DNA from: Trichinella spiralis | Taxonomy: Eukaryota | Assembly (NCBI RefSeq): GCF_000181795.1 | Contig: NW_003526940.1 | Coordinates: 1,592,571 to 1,656,570 of the forward strand | DNA: 64,000 nucleotides | Reading direction: 5' to 3' | In this document: in pieces, positions 29,121 to 40,154 of the stretch | Layout: the number at the start of each line of letters is the position of its first letter | How positions within the stretch are numbered: the stretch's first letter is position 1 | Translations under genes and position numbers: made by a program | The notes under the pieces: generated by a model | Told to the model about the DNA's origin: nothing | Seen by the model: the letters and a program-made list of their open reading frames with translations, nothing else | Databases searched by the model: none

Positions 29121-32100
29121 AGACAATATGTAACAACACAACTGCAAGTGCAGTAGTAGTGGAAGTTTGATCGCCAGTAGATGCGCATAAAGCAACTTGC
29201 AAGCAAGATATGATTTAAACACGGAGAAGCTGTTTTCAACAACTATCAGCCAATCACATCATTAATAATAGCAGCACCAGTAAGAGTAGAGCTACTAAGA
29301 ATAGCAATGGTATTAGCCTGGATTATATTACAAAAAAAGGAATTGAATCCCGTAATTAGGTTTGCAGCTACAATGTTGCCGTTTATAATGAATTTTAAAG
29401 CGTCAATCAAATTATTAATCTGTTTACATTTTGAAATAAGGTTTTCAAATACAGTAAATGAATGAATTGAAATGAACTGTGATCAGTCAATTGATTAAAA
29501 CATCTTTCCCATTGCTATTGCTATCAAATGCAACAGGCGGATTGGCACTGGTTTCCCGGGAGAAATGATGAAATATCCATTGCCAATGAACATTGGTTTC
29601 TTATTACTTAATTTGAACGATCACCTCTGTTATCAATGAATTCTTCACGTTTCTGCATTGGAAAATTGAAAATTAACGAATTTACTGAAGGCAAATTAAA
29701 ATTAAATTGAAAATATGTAACATTTACATTTGTTGGTTTATTTACATATTTGTCCAAATAATGGCTGCGATAGCTAACAATGTTAAAATGAAAGTTGCAC
29801 GAAATGCATAAAACAGAAACAAGAAAAATATCTCATATCATCTGATCAATTTTGTCATTCATAACTGAACCTGAAATTTAAATTTTTCAATGATTTAGTG
29901 TAAATAAAAGTAACAAAAAGTGTGACAACGAAGAAATAAGTTGATGTTCAAGCAATTAATTTTCAAATATTGTAAAATATAGGTGTCAGATATATCAGAA
30001 CAACTTTATTTATAATTACAAAATTTTCTTATATTATTTGCGAATAATAATAATATACGGAACAATCTGATTAATTACGTTGATATAAAAATATGAAATT
30101 TTGAATTCAATACAGACGCAAAATTTCTAAAAATTAAATTAATGTTATAATAAATTAGTATTGTAACTTGAATTTGATTTGTCGTCGCATTGGAAATGAT
30201 GATATCCCATGAATATGGAATGGATGTGCATTTCTTTAAATTTTTTGTTGGAAAAACATAGCATATTTATGTATTCAGATTAATGCTTGCAATTAAAAGT
30301 AATTACTGATTAAACTCATTTTTCATTACTTATTATTTGCAATATATTCTTTATTGATCAATTATCAAACGTTCAAGCATTTCAAAGCAAGTAATTTGAC
30401 AGAAAATGCATAATTCCAAAGAAACATAGATACATTATTGTAAGGCAATTAGAATGAAGAACGTACTTTGAAAATTTCTATAATGTTACGTTCAAACCAG
30501 TATAAAACTCACCCAATTGGGCTTGTTAATCAGTTAATTAAGCTTAGTTCGGTTTTGTGAAATTATATAAAAGTAAATATGAAATATGATAATAAAGAAA
30601 ATCTATTTGCAAGTGTTTAATCTTATAATCGATCAGATATCACTTTAATGAGAATACACGTAGTAATAAATTGAAAATCACAATTTTACTTTGCAATATA
30701 TTCAATAATGATTCAAAATGCAATAATTCACAATTTAAAATATTAAAAAAAAGAAAAAACAATTCACCCTCATAAATTATTTTTTATTTAATCAGGAAAA
30801 AGTATAATTTTGTTTTTAAATTTTTAATATTTTCATGTTTCTTAAAAATAGCTTTCTAGAGTCAGTTCACTATTTAAAATTCATGCGTAATTTATTTAAT
30901 TTACTGCGTGAAATCACAAAAAATTGCTGTGGAAAAGTGAGTGTAGAAAGGCAATTTTTGACAATATTCCTTAGATGTGCAATTTTTGCTTATCAGTTGT
31001 CAAGCATATGTTAAAATATGCTCGTGTAATTTACATTATTCAGTCAAGCAAGGAAAATTTTATTTGCTCGACTGTATCATAAATTTTATAAAAAGGTTTT
31101 TACATCAGGATGTTGCAATTAAATTTTTAAAGCTGAAAGTTAAAAAAAAACAATTTATTTATTGCAGTAATTATGCAATGCAGTAGTTTACAGCTTAAAG
31201 TAAATCATTCTAAATTAATATTAAATAAATTTTTTTATCGTATAACTTCATTAAACAAATTTTTTATTGCAAATGGATATATTAATACGTATATTCATAT
31301 AGTGCATTTGGTGAGCAGTTATCTCGCCACTTTTCATTACTTGTGCACTGTTTTTACTTCGAATGAAAATATTATTAGTTGTTAATTTCACTTTAACTAC
31401 TTATGTATTTAACAAATTTATGTGTTGAGCTGTAGAATATAGTGTTAGTATTTAAATTAAAAATTTTACCTGAAAATCAGTTATGATGTAAATTTTAAGC
31501 TTTATTGTTTGAATTCAAAATAATTTACAAATGTGATGTTATATGATCAATAACCATAATTTTATTCAATGGACTGAAATCACTTTTTGTGATGACTTGT
31601 TTTTTATTTTTTAATATACTTTCATTGTATTTTCATGAAATTTTTATTGTTAATATTTATTATGAGTTTTTATTTTTAATTTTTTTAAACAAAATTGTGC
31701 ATAATACGATTTTATAATTGAGCTAACTTTTGGAATTGTTGTGTTTAAACAATGTATATTTAATATTTTATTTTCTATTTATTTATTCATTACTAATTTT
31801 ATTGTATATTTTGGCTTAACATCTAAATAAATGGCTTAAATTTTTGATTGCTAGTGTTGCCAGTTGTTTAAAATAATCAGCTGGCGTTTCACCACACACT
31901 TTGACGGAATTAAATCATCACAATCAGTATGTACAAATTTGATCATTTCCATCACAAGGAACATAATTTTTTCTGTTGAGTAAATAAAGATATATTACTG
32001 AAAGAACGAGTGTAATAATGAAAGGATAAAAGCAAAAAATGGTTTTTGCTTGATCAAAGCATGCTACGTAACAATTATTTTGAACCAGTTGATAAATAAT

Positions 32101-33606
32101 AAAAAAATATAAAAAGTAAAAAGTATCCGCTGCAGTTTATGCGATGATGCATTTCGTGATACTGTAATTTTTTTAGTATTAAATTAATTTTTTAAACGGA
32201 TGTATTGATCATGGATTTTAATCAGGTATATATTTCAAAATGTCAGAAAATATTTTAATAAGATAAAATGATTTTCCATATTCTGCTTGATTATATGTTT
32301 AATTAATAAATAGCATTTTATTAGCTGAAACGTGCAAGAGCAATGCAACAAACGTTTACAGTAAACATTACTGCATAAATACAAATGCAACTCTGTTTAC
32401 CAAAAGTGTATTTTGCCTAACTACAACAAAATGCGAAAACATTAAACTATTAGCATTTCAAAATTTTCTCATTTTCTGCATGTTTCCTTCTTGGGATGTC
32501 ACGAAAATAAATGAATATTATGAATAAATGTTTTTAATAGACGACATGGCAGTTTTTTGAAAAATTTAATTTTTTGCTTAATTTTGCATTAGGGAGAAGC
32601 ATTATATCGTGAAATGAAATAGATAAAGGTTTGAGATAAAAAATAAATAAAGTTAAAGCAAGAGAAAAATATCAAGCATTCAATATTGTAAGCATAATTG
32701 CAAAAAAGTCTTATGATTCTTTTAAATATTAAGTAAGTTATTAAAATTTTTTACTTTAAGAATGAAAAAATACAAATATCCCTTTATTATAAATGATTCT
32801 GCTTTTTTGATGCGCTAGATGTTATTTTAAATAGTAGTGTATTAATAGAATTCTTATTTTGAGGTTTTGATCATGACCAAAGCGAAGCTTTAGTTTATTA
32901 AAAGCTTTCTTTTGTTGTTCATGATTTTTTGTGTTTCCTTTATTTCTTTAATTATTCTTCATCAGAATAAATCATAAAGTGCATTATGCAACCCTATATA
33001 ATACTGATAAAATTAATGCATGAAATTCAAGTGTGCTCTTCAAAATGTGATCACAATAATCCTTTTGTTATTTTATATTCAATTCCATTACTTATATCCA
33101 TGCACCGTAAGGACGACTGTAAAGAATTATTTTTTCAAGCGTGAAAATTTGTATTTTAAATATGATGTCATTGTGTATTTTATGCAACCCAATACATAGC
33201 AACAATGAATATTTATGCATTATTTTATAATTCACTGGATAAATAAAATACATTATTTATTTATTCACTAGAAAATAGTTAAAACATTTTTTGTTTTTCA
33301 GCTTATTACATTGTTGTTATTATACTGTTAATGTTTTTATTATCACAGTTGTATTTCATATCATTTATTATCATAGCTGTAATCAAGAAGTTAGTTTAAT
33401 AGTTTGCGCAATCACATAATTAAACATTAATCATAGACATCTTTAAATTAAGCAAAAACGCTTCTTCAGAGAAAAATATTTATTTTAATAATGCTAAAAT
33501 AGGAACACAAATAGATGAGTGTGCAAATTATGCGTAGTGTTAACATTGTAGTATTTAAGGAATGAAATTCAGTTGCAGATCATTTGTAATTCGTTTAACT
33601 AATAAA

Positions 33607-35218
33607 ATGATATTACTGTTGTTACTTTCATTGACTGCATCATTGCAATGTAATGGGGCTAAGGCAAGTTGTTTGAAAGCAGCATACACTTTAAAATATT
33701 ACTATAAAACTGTAAATTAGAGTTAAATAAAGGATTGATTTATTTGATAATCAAATTCTGATTTCTTTGAATGTATATTTTCATATTTTTTAGAATGAAT
33801 CTGAAATCGAAAATCATTCGGTAAGTTTCTCAAAATTTTCCTGCTTTCTTTTTATTTTGGTTGGTTCTTTACAGAGCAGAAATCGATTGCAATTGTAATT
33901 ACCAGTAAAATATAACACTTTTGGAAATTTTAATTATAATAACGTTGGTAACCTGGTTTAAATTAAATAGAAATATTTCTATCTTATTTATTTATTTGTA
34001 TGCATATTTTTAATTAATTTATTAACTGTTTTTATATATTGTACTGACCTGTCATTATAATAATAATAATTATTATTATTGTTATTTTGTACATTTTTAA
34101 AAACAATTTTTACAATCATTGCAATGGCAAATTTTATTTAAAATTGCTTTATAATATTCCATTATAATGACAATGACGTTGAATAACAATTTTATTGACA
34201 CTTTTTCTTATTTTCATTTTCTCTTCATTAACAAGATTTCCTGTATTTTTTTCTTTTTGCTATTGCCTCCTACATTTTTATGTTATTATTAAACCTAAAT
34301 GTTGTTACTTGTTACTACTTAATATACTAATAACTAAATTTAAGAAAAAAATTTTTTTAACTTTCTTAAAACTTCAAATGAATTATACCGCATGATAAAT
34401 TTTATGCAGAAATAATTTCATCAAACAAAATGTGACGAATATGTCAGTAAAACTAGAAGCAGCTGAAAATTTTGCACAGATTGGCATTTTTTAAATTGAA
34501 TTTTGCTTCAGTAAATTAATTGAGACAAGCAGATGTATGAAAGCTAGAAAATTACTTTGTTATTGCTTTAATCAACAAGTGAATAGAGTTAATATTATGA
34601 ATTTAGGAATTTCAAGTAAAATTTGCTTTCTGCAGTTTCAAGGTATGTGAAAAAGAACTAATCAATGTAGAGAAGCCAAATCTCACAGAAGAGGAGGTTA
34701 AAACTTATTATGAATTGTACACGAGTTGCAGAGATGCATGCTTTGAAAAGTAAGTACATGCCTTAATTTCTGCTGAAAATATTTTAAACTTGAAGTTCTA
34801 TTTAATGTGTATAATTTTATTAAACAATGAAGATTCATTCTATTCATATATTCATATTTCGTGGCAGTTAGACAGTTATACACATTTTCTGAAATTTTTT
34901 CCATAATAAACGAACGTTATGAATAAGAAGCTGTAATATTATCCGTTTCTGATTGAAAAATGGAAAAGAATAAAAGATTAATTTTAATACAGGATTTCTA
35001 CGTCAGAATCATTTGCGAAGAAGTTTGAGAAATTCAAATTAAAAGAATACGAAAAGCTTATGAAACAGCGGCAAGAAAAAGAAGAAAAAAGGAAGGAAAA
35101 AAGAAGAAAAGAAGCAGAGAAGAAAAAAAAGAAGACAGAAAAAGAAGAGAAGAAGAAAGAAAAACAACAAAAAGAACCGACGGTAAAACTTGAGAAAAAA
35201 TTGGAAGAACAAGAATGA
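33607..35218 (+). CDS. Orphan secreted protein with a Cys-containing core and Lys/Glu-rich C-terminal tail (copy 1)
   Basis: Signal-peptide-like exon MILLLLLSLTASLQCNGAK (GC donor at 33664), micro-exon NESEIENHS (33794-33820), exon at about 34637-34749 FKVCEKEL...YYELYTSCRDACFEK, and last exon at about 34993-35218 ISTSESFAKKFEKFKLKEYEKLMKQRQEKEEKRKEKRRK... Middle exons (34410-34580) are not fully resolved. Confidence 0.65.
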
Positions 35219-35249
35219 GGAGATAATTTATGCATGCAAATATATATAT

Positions 35250-35690
35250 ATTGGATAGTAGGCATCGGCGTACTGAAAGCAGTCATATTTTCATACTTCT
35301 CCTTTAACGTCAAGTACTTTATAAAAATTTATTAGAAACGTATGCAGTGCTTATTTCCAATTTAACAATACCTCTGGCACCAGTGCAGCGAAACAAGTTG
35401 TCAATAACTATTTCATAAAGCAAGCACAGGGCAGACAGCGTGGTGAAGAAAGCATAATATCCTGAAATGACTTTTCTGAAATAATCTAATTTTCTAATTT
35501 TTTTTCTTATCCTTATTTATTTTCATTTTTCAGAAAAAATTTATCATATTTTAAAATTAATATAAATCATATGCATTGACGAGCAGTGAATTAATTGATA
35601 ATGACGATCTCTACTGTACATTTCTCTTATGATGGATGAAACGTGTGTTTTCAAATGCTGACAAATTGTTTCTACGAGCAAAGGGTTGAG
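35250..35690 (-). pseudogene. Inverted 5' fragment of the C-type lectin gene at 45435
   Basis: The reverse complement aligns to about 45200-45640 (upstream region, signal exon, intron 1, start of the CTLD exon). It carries two premature stops: MK-TAG and V-TGA in place of Cys. Confidence 0.92.
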
Positions 35691-36441
35691 ATGCTATGAA
35701 ACAGTGAAGCAATAAGCATATAAATTCAGTACTTTATGTAGATTTAGTGACACTTTTGATTTCAAAATTACTAAAAGTGCAGAAGTCTTTTACAACAGCT
35801 CTGCAACTTTACCCTTTTTCTTCATTTTATATCATTGACCACGTCACAATAAAACAATACGGAGCTCTTGTTGAGCCTTTTTAACAAGCAAGCAAAATTT
35901 TAAGCTAAACAAATTTTCCTTACTGCAGTATAAAAATACGAATTTTGTATTCAAATTAATTAACTTTAAAACCAGCTTTTTCGACTGCTTATCAATCTAA
36001 CAGTGCCGATTTCTTTAATTTTTGAAATAGAAGCTTTGCATATTTTCGTTTGAAATGATTTCACCGCTTACTGCAATATTTTATGCTTATCAAGCAAAAG
36101 CCTTAATGAGTAAAAATTAAATACAGGGCCTTAATTAGCTGTTCAGTCTTGTAAATAATTTCAAATTGTGTAACTAAACTGCTGCACAATGGTGAGTAAA
36201 CTTTGCTCATAATATTCTACTATTATAACATTTAATAACAATTCTAATGAAACTTTTCTTCTTTTTCCTTTATTAACAAGTTTTTTTTATTTTTTTTTGT
36301 TATGTATTCTTCATTTTTCCGTTATTATTAGACCTACTTGTTGTTACTTGTTACTACTTAATATACTAATAACTAAATTTAAGAAAAAAATTTTTTAACT
36401 TTCTTCCAAATGAATTATACCGCATGATAAATTTTATGCAG

Positions 36442-37259
36442 AAATAATTTCATAAAACAAAATGTGACGAATATGTCAGTAAAACTAGAAGCAGCTGAAA
36501 ATTTTGCACAGATTGGCATTTTTTAAATTGAATTTTGCTTCAGTAAATTAATTGAGACAAGCAGATGTATGAAAGCTAGAGAATTACTTTGCTATTGCTT
36601 TAATCAACAAGTGAATAGAGTTAATATTATGAATTTAGGAATTTGAAGTAAAATTTGCTTTCTGCAGTTTCAAGGTATGTGAAAAAGAACTACGCAATGC
36701 AGAGAAGCCAAATCTCACAGAACAGGAGGCTAAAACTTATTATGAATTGTACATGGGTTGCAGAGATGCATGTTTTGAAAAGTAAGTACATGCCTTAATT
36801 TCTGCTGAACATATTTTAAACTTGAAGTTCTATTTAATGTGTATAATTTTATTAAACAATGAAGATTCATTCTATTCATATATTCATATTTCGTGGCAGT
36901 TAGACAGTTATACACATTTTCTGAAATTTTTTCCATAATAAACGAACGTTATGAATAAGAAGCTGTAATATTATCCGTTTCTGATTGAAAAATGGAAAAG
37001 AATAAAAGATTAATTTTAATACAGGATTTCTACGTCAGAATCATTTGCGAAGAAGTTTGAGAAATTCAAATTAAAAGAATACGAAAAGCTTATGAAAAAG
37101 CGACAAGAAAAAGAAGAAAAAAGGAAGGAGAAAAGAAGAAAAGAAGCAGAGAAGATAAAAAAGCAGAAGGAAAAAGAAGAGGAGAAGAAAAGAAAACTCG
37201 TGAAAACAGAAACGGTACTATTTGCAAAAGTATTGGAAAAGCAAGAAATGAAGGAATAA
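36442..37259 (+). CDS. Duplicated 3' exons of the Lys/Glu-tailed orphan gene (copy 2; no own signal exon seen)
   Basis: Intact splice sites and open frame FKVCEKELRNAEKPNLTEQEAKTYYELYMGCRDACFEK / ISTSESFAKK...LEKQEMKE*. Confidence 0.6.
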
Positions 37260-38296
37260 TTTATACACACATATCTATGCACAATTGATTAATTAATTAT
37301 TTACTTATATATTCATATATATATATATATATCTGAATAAGTAAATAAAAATAAATTTTTATTCAAATCGTTACCTGTGTATATTATGAAACAGTGGTAT
37401 AATAATTATATACATTCAGAACATCATTCATATTAATTGAATAATACTTCTGATTTTGAAATGACTAAAAGTGTTAAAACCTTTTACGATATCTCTGCAA
37501 CTTTACCCTTTTTCTCCGCATTATTTGACTGGTCAAGTCACAATAAAACAATACTGAGTTCTTTGGTGAGCCTTTAAAACAAGCAAACAAAATTTTAAAC
37601 AAAACAAATGTTGCTTACAGTACCATAAAAATACGAACTTTATATTCGAAATAATTAACTTTAAAAGCAATTTTTAGCATGCTCATGAATCTGACAGTGC
37701 TCATTCTTATAAACTTTCAAATTGATGCTTAGTTTATTTTTAAATTGATTTCAATTTGCTTAATACAAAGTTCGCTGAAATATTTTATGCTTATTCAAGC
37801 AAAAATTTTAATGCAAAGACTTCATCAACTGCTCATTACTTGTTAATAATTTCAAACTGCACAATTAAATTACTGCACAGTGATGGCCGAAATTTGCATA
37901 TAAAATAACTGCACCATCATTTGCTAAAAGATAAACGCAAACTTGATCATTCATCATCATCATGCTATCAATTACATTATTATTATTATTATTATTGCAT
38001 ATTGTTGAGAGTTGCCTGCTGATGTCTATAGATCAAATTGATCTGAAATTTTCATTTTCGAAAAATTTTAATTTAGTCAATAATAAAGCATCTCAATAAT
38101 TAATTTGTTCTCCAACAATAACAAGACAGTCTGAGTTATTTATTCAATTTTACAAATTTCAGAAGCGCATAATTAAAAATAATAAAAACTTTATTGTCAT
38201 TTAAAAAAAAATAATCTTATTTCAAAAATCATTTCAAATCAAAATCAGAAGAAATTTTCAAATTGATGAACTGAAACTTTGTCGCCTGCTTTCCAT

Positions 38297-40154
38297 TTAA
38301 TTATCCTTATTTTCGAGTATCCAAGGATGAGCAGCCAATTCTTTCAATGGCATGCGTTTTGATGGCGTCGGTTGCAACAGCTGAAATTTATTAAAAATAT
38401 ATATTATTAAATATTTTATTTAATAAAAAAATGGAGAAGAGGACAAAGATAAATGCTACCCTGCGGATCACATCTTTCGCCCCTTCTGAAAAATTTTCAG
38501 GCATTTCATATTGACACTGTCGAATACGACGAAACGTGGCATGCTGACTTTCTGAATAAAATGGAGGCTTTCCATTCAAAAATTCGAACAACAACACCCC
38601 AAGAGACCAAAGATCAACCTCAAAAAAAGAAAACAAAATTTCACACAATCACATTTTTTTAATTTTAATGTACTTCATTCATTTGAATGCAAAAAAGTTC
38701 TCCTTACTGCATCACCGTGTGGTTGACCAGAGATCATTTCAGGCGGCAGATAATCCAACGTTCCACAAACAGTGCCACGCCTAAATAAACGAATCTGTTG
38801 AAATATATTAATTTTCAAATTTTTTTTCTCAAACATTCATATGAAACTAAATTATGCAGATGAGAAAAAAACTACCTCGACGATGGCGAATGAACCGACC
38901 ATCCAAAGTCAGCAATCTTCAACTGACCATTACTACCAATCAGAATATTTTCCGGCTTGATGTCACGATGAATCACCTTTTTACTGTGCAAATAAGATAA
39001 AGCCCCAATTAATTGGTGCAAATACTGAAATTATAAATAGTATCATATTTAATAATGGAAAAATTAGGATAAGAAAAAAGAACCTGAGCTGACTGCTTTT
39101 CTGAAAAGTGCCCACAACGTTTCAACTCGGCATACAATTCACCTTTACCAGCATATTCCAGAATTAAGTATATACGAGAAGAGTCATAAAAATAGCCATA
39201 CAAACGTAGAATGTTTGGATGTCTTAAATATTTTAAAAACTGAATTTTGAAAACTGATTTTCACTTTCCAAAAGTTCATTTACTTCAAATGAGCTTGAAT
39301 TTCAATTTCTCGTCTCAGCTGATGTTCACAACCTGCATTCACCAACTGCGACTTAAACAGCACCTCAAATGTATCATTCACGTGTAATTTTAAATTTAAT
39401 TGTACATTACAAAAAAATATTCAAATAAAAGTTACTTTAAGAGCAACGACAAATTTGTGCTGCTTTTCTCGAGCTAAATATACATGACCAAATTTTCCCT
39501 TTCCAAGTGCTCGACCAATTTCAAAATCATCCAATGTCCACATTCTAAAAATCAAAATTGTGCACAATCAACTGGTGCATTATTTCAATTCTGACAAATT
39601 TAAATTCATAATTCTCAACAATCATTCATCAAGAAGCAATTAATTCATTCCTTTAGATGAAATAAATTAAATATTTCAAACAACCAAAGTAAACATTCAT
39701 GCAATCCTCAACTGAGTTTTTTAAAAATACAAACTTTCGAGTTTTTTCCTTTTCTTTACTGGTTTTAGGTGCTGACGTAGCTTCTTTATTTTCATTTTTA
39801 AACTGTTCAGCTTGTTCGGTTGAATTCGATTCATTTGGAACAACTTCACCTTCTTTAGACTGTAAATTAAATTAAAATAAAACGAATAAATTGCTAACAC
39901 AAAATAACAATAAATAAACAACAATTCTTCAATTGCAAAACTTTTTAAAAAACACATCTCATTCTATTATACTACTAAAAGATAAGTAGAAGAAAATAAC
40001 ATGCCTCTTTAACCGACTCATTGTCTTGTGTGCCATCTCTAAATACAGTGAACAGGTTATAAAATAATTCCAAAATTAAAGTATTAGTTAGAAAACGTTT
40101 AAATGTGAACAGCTGATTCACTTACTTCTGAGAAGCATTTGGTGCAGTGTCCAT
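38297..40154 (-). CDS. AURK: Aurora kinase
   Basis: [71 protein letters not shown] and HPWI motifs across about ten exons. Confidence 0.95.

Larger units (their letters stand above)
34200..37890 (+). repeat. Tandem segmental duplication (about 34200-36230 and 36240-37890)
   Basis: Near-identical core at offset 2032 (34410 vs 36442). Visibly more diverged downstream flank homology at 35755-36190 vs 37450-37880. Confidence 0.95.

Noticed and set aside
34984..37282. Phe/Ser-rich minus-strand ORFs resembling membrane proteins
   Set aside because: Reverse complement of the Lys/Glu-coding exons.
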